Of a stretch of DNA of 64,000 bases, positions 25,691 through 37,814 are shown one piece after another. A program made the translations under genes and the position numbers. Under the pieces are notes generated by a model that was not told where the DNA came from, did no database searches, and was given only the letters and a program-made list of their open reading frames with translations. The DNA comes from Isurus oxyrinchus (lineage: Eukaryota): NCBI GenBank assembly GCA_026770705.1, contig JANJGN010000027.1:15128001-15192000 (forward strand). Reading direction: 5' to 3'. How positions within the stretch are numbered: position 1 is the first letter of the stretch; the number at the start of each line of letters is the position of its first letter.

Positions 25691-26393
25691 GGCGCTGAAT
25701 CTTTAGCTCAGCGAGCGGGGGTGGGGCCTGCTCACTAAGGTGTAAAATGATGCGGGGTGACATCGGGCCTGTGTCATCGCGCGTCATTTAAATTTTCAGT
25801 TTGGCGAGCGTGCAGCCAAGTTGGCTGTGCACCCACCGAACTGTCAAAGGCCTATTAAAGCCATTAATGAACTAATTAAGCCCATTGAGAAAGCTGACTG
25901 TCCAACCTTAAGGTTGGTTGGGGGGGGGGCAGGAGACTAGCCCAGGCGGCCTTCGCATTTTTCATGGAACCTTATCCACGGGTGGGATGAGGTTTCACGA
26001 AAGGTTCATAAATTAAATACATTTTTTCATTAAAGTTCATTGACGTGTCCCAGCTCATGTGACACTGTCACATGAGGGGACATGTCTTAACATTTTCATT
26101 TTTCTTTATTAGAATTTTTGGAACGTAAACTAATCTCCCTGAGGCAGCTCTGTACATCAGGGAGATTCCTGCACTGTTTTGTGTGCATGAGCAAAAGAGC
26201 GCAGGCCCTGACTCAAGGAACTACCCCCCCCCCCCCCACAAACCACCTCCCCACCACCTCCCCACCACCTCCCCCCACCTGCACAGGGAGCGCTCAGCAC
26301 TTCCTTAATTGGCCCGTCCACGTAAAATGGCGGCATGGACCCGATCGCCCCCACACAAACCCCACCCCTTTGGGTGGGGGGGGAAAGAAGCCC
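25691..26393. mobile_element. CpG-rich MITE-like element
   Basis: Ends ggcgctgaatct / aagaagccc; related to 9003-9460. Confidence 0.55.
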
Positions 26394-27196
26394 AAAAGAA
26401 ATTTCCAAGTTTTTTTTCAAAGAATTGAGCTAAGTTTTTTCCCTTTCGGTTTTTAACTCTCCCAGCAGATTACAACGATTAGGGAAATGGGTCAGGCAGG
26501 AAGAGTGGTTGATGATGCATATAAGGAGGAACCATATCTGGTTGGGACAGGTTGATGGCCTTTGCCTGCTCCTCTCTTTGTCTGTTATGTGTATCATTGC
26601 GTTTATACGTTTGTACTTTTTTTAAAAAAAAGCCCTCCAAAATTATGATTAACTTTGACAAGTTTCTGCATTACAGTTTTTTGGTTTGTTACACAACATA
26701 TCAGCAACATGGCAGAACCTTCATTTTGATTTTGGATGGCTGAACTGACAGCAGCTAGATTAATAATTGATTAAACCAGTGAGTTATTCTGGCATTGTAA
26801 GAGCTGAATTACTACCATGAAAGAGTTATTCCTTAATGCAGGAAATTTTTTTTTCCTGTTTGGTCAAAAACATGAATAATCACATAGTTACAGAGAAAGG
26901 AGAGAAAATAAAATACTCAAAGTTTATGGCTGCAACTTGCTGGAGGGCGGGCGGCAATGGCTGTGGATTGGCTTTGAGGCTGGTTTGGAGTTATAAGCTG
27001 ATGGATGGGAATTTAGCAGCAATATTTCCTTAAAAACAAGTAGAAATCATATATGTGTGTGTGTGTGTTGTTGCAAACAAACGAGGAGGGGTAGAAATTG
27101 ACTCCCCTAATTTACCACTCCCGTCCTGGCTGTAACAAGGGTTAGTTGTGAATTTAGTGAGGATGTGCTTTGCCAATACTGGAGAAATCCCACCAT

Positions 27197-27311
27197 GTAT
27201 TTCAGATGATAAAGAATGAATCAGACAGGTTTTCTGAGTTCAGATAACTTTATTGATCCTACTTCCTGAATTAAACAAAAACTAGGTGAATCGTAACCCT
27301 CATTTGTATGT

Positions 27312-27352
<41 letters not shown>

Positions 27353-27990
27353 GTACAGATGCTAGAAAACGAGGATAGACTTTTACAGGTCATGAAAACA
27401 ATAAACAATCAGAGATATATATGGTTAACTGTCCTTTGGCTGGTTGGGGTGTGGTGATTCCACGTTGTGGCTGTTTTGTTCTCTTGTCTTTCTGGGTGTA
27501 GCTGTACAGAACAGATCTTCACATTTTATCCCCAAAAGCTCCTGGTTTGTAGTGGATTTTCTCTTCTCAGGATGGTTACTCTGCAATATCCGTGCACAAT
27601 ACTTCTAAGAGAGAGTGAGACCTGGCTCTTTGCAGCCTTTCAGTATGCCCTTCTGATCTCTGCTCTCTAGCTTGATAAACAGTTCTTAAAAAGCCTTGCT
27701 GGCTGTATATTCCAGAGGAATTCAACTACCATGTCTGCTGTAGTCCTTGTGTTGTAGAACAGATAATTACATTTTTGATTTATCATCTCAGAAACTTTTG
27801 TTGAGTTTCAAGATAGACTGAAAGCCAACAGGAGATAGGGTCTTTCACACTCCTGAGGTGGGGTTTGAGTATCTGTTCCTTTTTCATTCTACTTGAGTGG
27901 AATGCAAGTTTTGTATTATGGCTGGCTGGCAGTCCCCCTTTGTCTTAATAACATTACATTTTGTTAAAACCCAGCCAGAAAAAGAGGTAC
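27197..27990 (-). mobile_element. Possible LTR fragment containing (CA)19 at 27314-27351
   Basis: Starts with TG inside a MITE-like end (ggggtagaaatt, 27088); AATAAA on - strand at ~27250; cut off by a CR1. Confidence 0.35.
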
Positions 27991-28648
27991 TAGAATCACA
28001 GAATCTTTACAGTGCAGAAGGAGGCCATTCAGCCCATCAAGTGTGCACTGGCTATCTGAAAGAGCATTCTACCTAGTCCCATTCCGCTGCCTTATCCCTG
28101 TAACCCTAAACATTCTTTCTTTTCAGATAGCAATCCAATTCCTTTTTGAATATCTCGATTAAACCTGCCTCCACCACCCTTTCAGAAAGTTGGTTCCAGA
28201 CTCCAACCACCCTATGGGCGAAAAAGGTTTTCCTCACATCACTTTTACTCCTTTTGCCAATTATTTTGGTTCTCTAGTTCTTGATGCTTTCTTGAGTGGG
28301 AACAGTTTCTTGCTGTTTACTCTGTTCATACCCCTTGGGATCTTGAATACCTCTATCAAGTCTCCTCTCAGCCTTCCCTTCTCCAAGGAAAACAGTCCCA
28401 GCCTCTCCAATCTATTCTCATACCTCCAGTTCTTCATCCCGGGAATCATTCTTGTGAATCTTCTCTGTACTCTCTCCAATGCCTTCACATCCTTCTTCAA
28501 GTATGGTGTCCAGAACTGGATGCAGTACTCCCGATAAGGCCTAACTAGTGTCTTATACAAGTTCAACATGACCTCCTTACTCTTGTATTCAATGCCCCTA
28601 TTAATAAAGCCTAAGATAATGTTTGCTTTATGAACTACTGTCTCAAAA
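27990..28648 (-). mobile_element. CR1 LINE 3' fragment
   Basis: ORF 28261-28701: KANIILGFINRGIEYKSKEVMLNLYKTLVRP..EYCIQFW. Confidence 0.92.
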
Positions 28649-28894
28649 TTGTAGAAATTTTCTTTAAAAAAAACACACTCGTCGGCCGGCTGAATGGACA
28701 ATCGCGAACTGGTTTCTCTCTGTCATAAAACCAATCGCGCCATATTGTCCACTCACGGTACCGATCATGCCCGAGGCCAGCGGGCACAAAAAATTTCACC
28801 CACGGCCTTTCACCTGGGAACTTCAATTGGTATTAACGGTGTAATTGTTTTAGAATCATCCCTGACGATTAGGTTACGCTGGTGGCCTGTTTAC

Positions 28895-29345
28895 AAGGAA
28901 GTTGTCAAGAATGGAGAATTTTAGCGTTGAGGAAAGAATGGATAAGCTGGGGTTGTTTTCTTTGGACTAGAAGAAGCTGAGAAGGGACTGAACTGAGGTG
29001 TGTAAAATTATGAGGGGCCTAGATAGGCCCTGCTGATGCTCCTCCCTACGGGTGCCCAAGAGCCCCAGACTGACTCCTTGAGGATAGGGAGGGCCTATTT
29101 CCCTAAGCAGGGTCCAACTGCCTGAGGGCATAGATTTAAAGTATTTGGCAGAAGGATTAGAGAGGAATTGAGGAGAATTTCTTTTGCCCACAGGGTGGTG
29201 GGATCTGGAACACACGGCTTGAAAGAGTGGTGGAGGCAGAAACCTTCACTGCATTTAAAAGATACTTGGATATGCACTTGAAGTGATGTAACCCACAGGG
29301 CTTCAGACCAAGAGCTGGAAAGTGGGGTGAGATTGGTTAGCTAGT
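28895..29345 (+). mobile_element. CR1 LINE 3' fragment with a foreign 57-bp insert
   Basis: ctggggttgttttctttggactagaagaagctgagaagggac...; insert at 29028-29084. Confidence 0.8.
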
Positions 29346-29559
29346 CACCTCCTTCTGTGCGGGACATTTTTGATGTTTAACAATGCAAACACCTCAGAAT
29401 TTTGGGTGTATATGGATTAACCCTTGATCATTTAAACAAAATTAAACATGTTAAACAGATACACACTAAAATATTGCAGGGTTGGTGCTAGATTTATCAG
29501 GGTTATTTCTCTCCTAATAATTCATCTGGGATTCTCATTTTAAAACCAAGTTTTAGTGG

Positions 29560-31747
29560 GTCCCATCGTCATCACTGACAACAGCCCTTCCTCCATCAGT
29601 AACGTGTCCAGGGAGTGTGAGGCCGGACCATCACTGTGGTCTGAAGACTGAACAGAGCACTGGGAAGAGGCCCTGGACTGAGACACCTGCCTTTATCTTG
29701 TGCAAAACGGTTTCACATCTGAGTAACAAGAACACTGCTCATCAGAACAAGGGGCCACAGGCAGGGAGACATTCTTGGGTGTTTATTGACAATAATGAAC
29801 ATTATGTACAAATAATCAACACCCGTGCCCAGGTTGTGCAGCTAATTCTCCTTAACCTTTCTAACCCTGCCGCTATGTCTATGTGCTCCCTGGACATCCA
29901 CAGTGGAGGTGGGGGCAGCCTGCTGATTGTGATACCCTGTCTGTGATGACTTTGGCGGGTGTCCTGTGGGGGGCTGAGACTTGGAGGCCCCCTGTCTGCT
30001 TTCGGGGTCCTGCTGTGTGGCAGTGGCACCCTCCTTGGCCTGTGGAGCTGAGCTGCTGAGGTCACAGGAAGATGGGATTTGGATAAGCCAGTCACTCCCA
30101 GAGTCACCTGGATGGACGGGCCTGGGGTGTGCACCTGCTGCTCCTCCTCCCTATGGGTGCCCTCAGGCTGACTCCTTGAGGAGAAGGGGAAGCTGGAGTG
30201 AGATTGAGCTGCCCAGCACCCCTCTCGTGCACACTGTTGGAGGCCAACTATGGCATCAGCGATGGAGTTGAGCCCATGCAGCAGTGCAGTAGCGACATCC
30301 TGAACTAAAGTCTCCATTGCGGCCATCATCCTACCAGCGTTGACCTCAAGGCGATGGCATGCTGGCACTATCGCTTCAGAGTGAAGGCGGACGGACTCCT
30401 CCATCGTGCCTTGCAATCTGAGGATGCAGCCGACATCCCTTCCTGATGTTCCTGAGCTTGTCTTTGCAGCTCCAGCAACTGTGACATGACCGAGTCCAAA
30501 GGCTCATCATCTGACTCGGACTCAGCAATGTTCTGGCCTCCAGCAGTCCTCCAAGTTCCAGGGACCTGGGAAGTCCCTGCCTCCACCTGCTGTGGATCAG
30601 ACAATGTGATGTGCTCATCAGATTGTGATCCTGAGGCTATTCTAAAGCTAGGTCCCACTGAGGTGTGTGTCTCTGCGCTGGTGGAGGGTGTGGGTGAGCG
30701 CTGTGACGGGACTTCAAGGATGGTGCCTCCCGATTCCTCTTCCAAGGTTTCTTCGGGGCTTGATTGGAGGCCGTGGGTCATGGACTCCATCGGCAGTTTC
30801 CCAGATGTACCTGTGAAAGCAAGGGGAGATAATTAGTGCATGGCAGTGGCCTGTGAAACAGGACACATCACTCACAGCATGGCTGTCTGATGGATGTTAC
30901 ACTGCTGCATCCTCACTTGGTAGAGCAGCGCCGACCTCATCATCAGCACAGGAACCGGTCCCGGTCATCGCCGGCCAGCTGGATGGCTCTGTTTTCAAAG
31001 TCCATGAGGAGCTTGATTTCAGGCATTCCTCCCCCAGTCTGCGACCTCTCCCTGTTGTGTTCTAGCTTGTCCTGCATGAATAGAGATAGAGTGTAAGCAG
31101 GATGCCTGCCGGGCCAGATGATAGGTAAGCCCGGCCTGTGTGGGTCATGAATGGTCCCATGGATGGGATGAGGACAATGATGGTGAGAGTGAGAGAGTGA
31201 ATGATGTTGACCCTTGAACCAGCAGTGAGTAAAGGCCCTGTAGATGTGCATGAGCTGAGAGTGATGAGAAGAGTGACTTACTCTGGTGAAACAGAGGAGA
31301 TCATTCATTCTCTTGCAGCGCTGGGTGGCTGTCCTCTTTTGCAGGGCATTGGCGCTGACCATCACTGCCACTGCCTCCCAAGCTGGGTTAATGCTGTTGC
31401 TGTCCATCCTGCGGCCAGAGCGGGGTGAGAGGACATTGGTGGGTCTCCACAGCATCCAAAAAGTGCTTGAGAGATGTGTCGCTGAACCTGGGGGCTGCTG
31501 TCTTCTTCAGTTTGGAGGCCATATCTTCTGTGCAGCAGTGGTGAGCTGGAAGCACAGAGATGTGTGCTTGTGGCTGGACTTTAAATATGGCGCCCGGCGT
31601 AATGCGGCGTGTTTCCCGGGAGTGCATAAATAATGTAGCGGATTTGGTATGATACGGTGTGAAAACCCCTCACCGCGGCCGGTTGGGTAAAATGTTGTTT
31701 TATCTGCCCACTACTGAACTTAGTGCAAATCTGGGACTATTCCACTC
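29560..31747 (-). mobile_element. Harbinger/PIF element, Myb-gene half only (transposase half absent)
   Basis: Terminus gagtggaatagtcccagatttgcactaag (- strand) matches the 24277 terminus; carries a spliced Myb/SANT gene. Confidence 0.8.
29842..31522 (-). pseudogene. Three-exon Harbinger Myb/SANT-like DNA-binding protein gene (NAIF1/TSNARE1-type), disrupted
   Basis: Exon 1 31522-31282 MASKLKKTAAPRFSD...AWEAVAVMVSANALQKRTATQRCKRMNDL|gtaagt; exon 2 31071-~30876 DKLEHNRERSQTGGG; exon 3 30810-29842 ending RVRKVKEN*; AATAAA on - at 29782-29787; stops and frameshifts. Confidence 0.8.
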
Positions 31748-32811
31748 TGTGTGAGAGGTGGTTCTAAACCGGTGAATCACGTTGAATGGGAATCACATTC
31801 TACTGAGTTGTCCCATGATTGTCTATGTAACAGGGTGAGACATCTGTCCACACAGCAGGAGGCAGGGTTTGATTCTGATGAGCCTTGCTATTTCCAGCTC
31901 AGTTGAGTCAATTTCCCACATTACAATAATAACTGGGAATAAAAAGGTCCTTGAGAGCTAAAATGCCAAGAGCTGAGGTCACTCCAGTAATGCCTTAATT
32001 ATACTCCATGTAAACAAAAAACATAAAGGAATCCCCATCAGAAACTGCAGGTGCCAGTGTCGAACTGTAAGACAGAGTCTTGTCACTAATTCGATTTCAG
32101 TTTCTACATCAGGACGAAAGTGCAGTTTGCTGATTGCAATGGTTAAACCAGAGTCTTTCATGAATACTTAGTCTTTGGGAACATCAAAACAGGAGTTCCA
32201 TCATTCAATCAGGTCATGGCTTTTCTTTACTTGAATCCCCATCTATCCATTTTTGATCTATCTCCTTGATCAGTCGATCCCATTCCTGAAAATTTCGATT
32301 GGAGGAGAGAATTCCACACACTTCCTGTGCCCCTTGTGTGAAAAAGTGCTTTCCGATTTTACCCCTGAATGGTTTAGTCCTAATTTTAGGACTTCATCAT
32401 TTGCTGTGAGCTCATTGGCTGGTTGAGAAGTCTAAACGTACACTTGGAGAAAAGGTTGGATAAAAAGATTACACCAAGAGTTTGTTACAAGCTGATGAGA
32501 TGATGATCCAGGTGAATCCTCTAGCGAGTTAGGCATGTTAAGCTATGTCAGGAACACTTAAGCCAGTAACGAACTAATACTCATTATAATAAACAAAGGG
32601 CAAATAATGATGGTTGAAAATGTTTCCCTGATGTCCGCTGAGTGCAAATTATTTTAAAGAACTATTATCTTCCTGAAAATGTGTTTTCATTTTACCTTTA
32701 AGCAAATGAATTTGAAGCTCCTTGTATCATTCTTGTCACCACTGTTTCCTGCAGTTTATCAGGATGATGAGCTTCAACTGATTCATTTTTTATGTCTTAG
32801 CTTGGAGCGAA

Positions 32812-33135
32812 TGAAACAGGGTTTGCTAAGCACTCACCAAGGCTCCTTCGTCAGCACCTTCCAAATCCATGACCTCTAACTCCTAGGACGAGGGCAGCAG
32901 ATGCATGGGAACACCACCACTGCAAGTTCTCCTCCAAACCACACACCACCCTGACTTGGAAATATATCACCATTCCTTTACTGCCGCTGGGTCAAAATCC
33001 TGGAACTCCCTCCCTAGCAGCAGCGGTTCAAGAAAGCTGGCTCACTACCACCTTCTCAAGGGCAATTAGGGATGGACAATTAAAAAATGCTGGCCTAGCC
33101 AGCGACATCCACACCCCATGCAAGAATGAAAAAAA
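32812..33135 (+). mobile_element. HER1-type LINE 3' end
   Basis: ccaccttctcaagggcaattagggatgg tail. Confidence 0.85.
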
Positions 33136-33339
33136 CAGTTTTCCAAACAGTCAGTAGCCTTTCAATAAGTTCAGATTCCTTTCTCCTCCAATTTTCACAG
33201 AAAGAAAGAGAATAAGCAGAAAGGTCCATAAATATTTCATAGCAAGTGTAGACAAGGTCACAACTAACAAGAGGTGTAGTGTCAGGATATAACTGTAAAG
33301 AGGAATGATAAAACTAAAAGACATGGTAGGTTGAGGTAC

Positions 33340-34680
33340 AAGGACACACAAGCTTTCAGAATTCTAGTCACAAATGCTAGGAATCTTAGCAATAAAATTA
33401 GAGATTCCAAAGTTTAAAAGAAGACTATGATATGGTTATCATAGAGACGTGGCTAAATAAAGACATCAAGGAGAGAATAAACTGACAGGCGTATTGGTTG
33501 CTTCAGAGATATAAAGAAATAAATGAGGGGATCTGAGATCTGTTTTAATGTATTCTCCAGCATAAAGACAGACTTAGACCAGAAGACAGGGAGGAGTTTA
33601 AGATTTATGCCAGAGGGAAACTGATTAGGAGAGCCAAAATAAACAAGGTCAGGATTGTTTGGAATGTAATCCACAATATGAAAGGCTGTTATAAATATAT
33701 TTGGAGCAAACAGGCAGTCAAGAAAATAGTTGAACCCCTAATGTGCTACTATATTACACGATCAAGAGACGGCAAATATTCTAAATCTAATTATTGTATT
33801 GGTGTTCAGACAAAACCTTAGATCGCCTTCTAAAAATTGAGCTAGAACATCAAGAGCAAGAAGATAAGACTGTAAGACTAACATATGTAATGGATTGTGA
33901 GGGGATGGCTAAGTGGAATTCAATGAAGAAAACTAAGGCCCAAGTTGCAATCTAGGGTACTGACAGAAATGGCTAATAAACCTAGATATGATGTAGCGGG
34001 CATCTTTAGGAATCCTTGGAAATGGGTGATTGTGCCTGAGGCTTGGGGAAGAGGCAACTTAATGCTAATGAACTAAAAAAGGGAAAAGGAGAAAACCCAG
34101 GGAATTTCAGGCTGGGCTGATTAATTTGATATCCATTGCAGGGAAAGCACTGGAGTTGGGGTGGGGGAGGGGGTGGAGGGGTGTGGAATATGTCTTGAAA
34201 TACTAAATGATATTTCACCTGGAGTAATAAAGAATTATAAGAGTGAGCCAACATTTCTTCATGGGTTAAAGATTACTTCAGACAAAGCTCTTGGCGTTTT
34301 TTGATGAGATAACCAACCTAATGGAATTCAATGGATGAACATTTAGACTTCGGCAAAGCTCTTGATAAAGTTCCACGTGGGAGGTTGGCCCACAAGGCTG
34401 GGAAGCATAGGATAGCTGGAGTGAGACACTGATGAGAAAAGGCTAAAAAAGCTGGAATTGTCTCCACAGGAGTTGAGAAGGCTTAGGGGTGACCTGATTG
34501 AAGTTTTCAGGATCCTAGGTCATAGTCTCAAACTACAAAGGGAAAAGAAACATTTGATAGGGTGTGGATTATCTGAAATGGATTGTCAATGGAGCTGGTA
34601 GATTCTGATTATATTGGCAAGCTCAAAAATGTGTAAGTATCCACGGACAAATTCAATGGAGGGTTATCAGACGCACCATG
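33340..34680 (+). mobile_element. Old, highly deleted CR1 ORF2 remnant
   Basis: TNARNLSNK endonuclease-like start; LDFGKALDKVP RT-like motif at ~34345-34375. Confidence 0.6.
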
Positions 34681-35215
34681 AGAACATAAGAAATAGGAGC
34701 AGCTGTAGGCAATTTGGCCTCTTGAGCCTGTTCCACCATACAATAAGATCATGGCTGATCTGATTGTCCTCAACTCCATTTTCCTGCCTTTGAATCCCTT
34801 ATATTTCAAAACCCTGTCTAACTCAGTGTTGAATATATTCAATGACTCAGCCTCCACTGGGGTAGAGAATTCCAAAGACTCATGACCCTCTGAGAAGCAA
34901 AATTCTTCATCACTTCCATCTTAAATGTGCAGCCCCTTATTCTGAAACTTAGTTCTAGATTCTCCCACAAGGGGAAACATCATCTCAATATCTACCATCT
35001 ACCTTGTCAAGCTCCCTTAGGATCTTATGTGTTCCAATAAGATCACCTCTCATTCTTCTAAACTCAAATGGGTATAGGCCCAATCTGCTCAATCCTTCCA
35101 TATAAGACAACCCCTTCATCCCAGGAAACAATCTAGTGAACCTTCTCTCAACCGCCTCCAATGCAGTATATCCCTCCTTAAATAAGGAGAACAAAACTGT
35201 ACACAGTAACCTAGG
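34681..35215 (-). mobile_element. CR1 LINE 3' fragment
   Basis: ALEAVERRFTRLFPGMKGLSY...RRMRGDLI; tail agaacataagaaataggagc. Confidence 0.9.
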
Positions 35216-35240
35216 TATATGACATATATTTTCTAACCTC

Positions 35241-35332
35241 TGGGTCTAGAGGATAATGTCCGCTGTCTTATATTTGGGTCTGGGGGTAATGTTCACTGTT
35301 TTATATTTGGGCCTGGGGGATAATGTTCACTG
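35241..35332. repeat. ~3 x 33-34 bp tandem repeat
   Basis: tgggtctgggggtaatgttcactgttttatatt-like units. Confidence 0.7.
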
Positions 35333-35966
35333 GTTGAGATGGATTGTGATGCTATTTTCCAGTCCTGTTTTTTTCTGCATCTTATGTAGCCATTTCCCCT
35401 CTCCCTATAACCCTAGGAGCAAAGGTCTGAGAACAAGTCTTCTGCTCACATCCTCAGCTTGAAGTGGTGTATAGTTTGGGAAGATTCAATTCCTCCCCCT
35501 TTCACATCCAGATACACCACTTTCCTTTGTCTTGCTTTCTTTCTGCAAGCCTTCTAGTCTGACTCATTCATTTGAAGGAGCTCAGAACCGTGGAACTGCA
35601 TATTTCTCACACACCATCCACAGTCTTCCATTCTTCCCATGCCATGGTAAAATCACATCATTGCTTCCTGATTTATCTCTTTCTTGACTCTCTTCAACAT
35701 TGTTGATGTCTTGTACTTATGGACCTTAACCCTTTTTAATGGCCCAATAGAAAAAAGGAAGCAAAGCAGAAAATAAATCCAAACAACTTAACTTTTGCCG
35801 CCTTCTCTTCAGCAGTGACCCAAACGATTGAGATGTATCAGTTGTTTTAGTCTCAGTTGTGAAGACTATGATGTACAACTCATTAGACAAGGTCATGCCT
35901 ACTCAGAATTCCACATTAGAAGAATCTAATGTGCCTAATATACTAAACTACAGTAATAGAGATAAA

Positions 35967-37201
35967 GGGTTGGATTTTCATGAAGTTGGGGAGTGTCCGT
36001 GGAGGTGTGAAAATGTCAGTCGGGACCTGATTCTGGGATTCCTGATCCCATATCGGGGATTTCTCATTTTTACCAGTGGTGTTTAAGGGTGTGTGCCAGC
36101 TCAGGTTGTGAGCCCAGGCCTAAATTTCCAACCTGGCTGGCTCTATAACAGGGATAGGCATGTCCTAGCCCTCCAGAATTTTCATGGAGTCGAGCCAGCT
36201 TTTAATGGACTCGTGGTTCACAGCACTTCAGAGGTGTCATGAACCGTAGTCTGCATGAGGGAAACTTTTGAAAGGTAAGTTCAAAAGGTCTTACCCATGT
36301 TCTGTATGCCAACCTATGCCCCCCCACTCACCCACCTCCCCCCATTGCCCCTCATACCTTCCATGTCAAACTATGACACTTCCATGCCAAGCTATGGCAC
36401 TTGCATGTCCATTTACCCACTGAACACTCTCTATAGAGCCAACAGACCCTATAGTGACAGTAGAATATGTTAGAAAGCTTAAAAAACAGTAAATTATTCA
36501 TAAAAATTTCTTTTACTGCAGGCCAATAAAAGTGTCAGTCATCCAAACCCTTTAAAGTATCAATACCATAAACTGTAAGCACTTGAAACCTCTTTATCTT
36601 GTGCAAATAAACATTACAAAATTGACAGAAGAGATCAGAGAGCAAGAGATGTCAATCGAGCAATATTTTCCCTGGGGGGCAGTGGTTTCAACGCATGATT
36701 GGCTTTATGGGTTCTCAACCAAGAATGCATAATGAGACTTGACTGAGAGCCCAGACCCCCATTACAGTGCTGAAACAGCTGCTTGGCAAGGAGGGTTTGA
36801 GGGGGCCATGGACAGCGGGTGGAGGGGCATAGCTTGGCATGGAGGGTAGGAGGGGCCATGAGGGGTGAGTGGGGAGCGTGAGGTGGTATGGTATGGATGG
36901 GGTATGGAAGTGTGTGGGGTGTGAGGGCTAGACCCTATTGTTTTTATTATAATTTGGACGAAGTCCCAGAGCACCAAGGCGGACCTTTTAAACAACCCGA
37001 ATAGCCCGCTTCTGTACCCGGCAGCCCCTTTGGCTGACTCCAAACATTTTTTGGGGAGCAGTGGGCCCAACTCCAGTTAGCACCTGCGCCCCTGAAACAG
37101 TTTCATCCGAGGTGGGTGGGCTGAGTAGGGAAATTTCCCGTGGGCTGAGTAGGGAAATTTCCCGACTCTCGCGACCTGCCTCGAAGATCAAAATCCAGCC
37201 C
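35967..37201. mobile_element. ~1.2-kb non-autonomous TIR element (Harbinger-like ends), copy A
   Basis: TIR gggttggatttt / aaaatccagccc; homologous to 57493-58818 in inverted orientation; perfect 24-bp tandem duplication 37117-37164. Confidence 0.75.
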
Positions 37202-37814
37202 AACAAGCCTGACGGAAGCATCCGGAAACACCTTTGGTTCACTTGGAGAGCTAGTGAGGTTGAAATATCACCTTGCAACATAAGGTTAACTTCAAGCTGT
37301 CAGAAGGAATGCCTGGGCACTCCTGATTAACAGGCAACAGCTCAGAGTACATTTGTCAGAAACTGTAACGTGAATTGTGCATGAACAAACTTGGCTATAC
37401 TGATAGTTTATTGTCCTGCAGCTCTGGAAAACAGTTTTCATAACCTAGCCTGGGTCGAGTTGTTCATGGGAGGTGGGAAGAATGGTTTGTTAAAGCCCAG
37501 AAACTTCTGGGACTTCTGCCCAAGATTCTCACACTTGTGCAGAAATTTGCAGCTATTCCCGTTCACCGAATCACTTGCACAGATGCCAGAAATGAGTAAA
37601 ACATGTGGCATGATTGCCAGAATCAGAGGAGGTGAGTTTAGTTTTCACTGGTCAAGTGGAATGGGCTCCTTGCGAGTTGCCCAGTTGCTATCACATGCTA
37701 CTTTCTTCTCTGTTCAAACTGCCATGGGCCCATATCATGCTACTGACAAAAAAACAATCCCTTTGCCGCCAGCACCTCTTGTTGACCTGCCACTAGAAAA
37801 TGCAATATTATTTA

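Noticed and set aside
29842-31522. Functional NAIF1/MSANTD-like nested gene
   Set aside because: In-frame stop and frameshifts, transposon terminus attached, second decayed copy nearby
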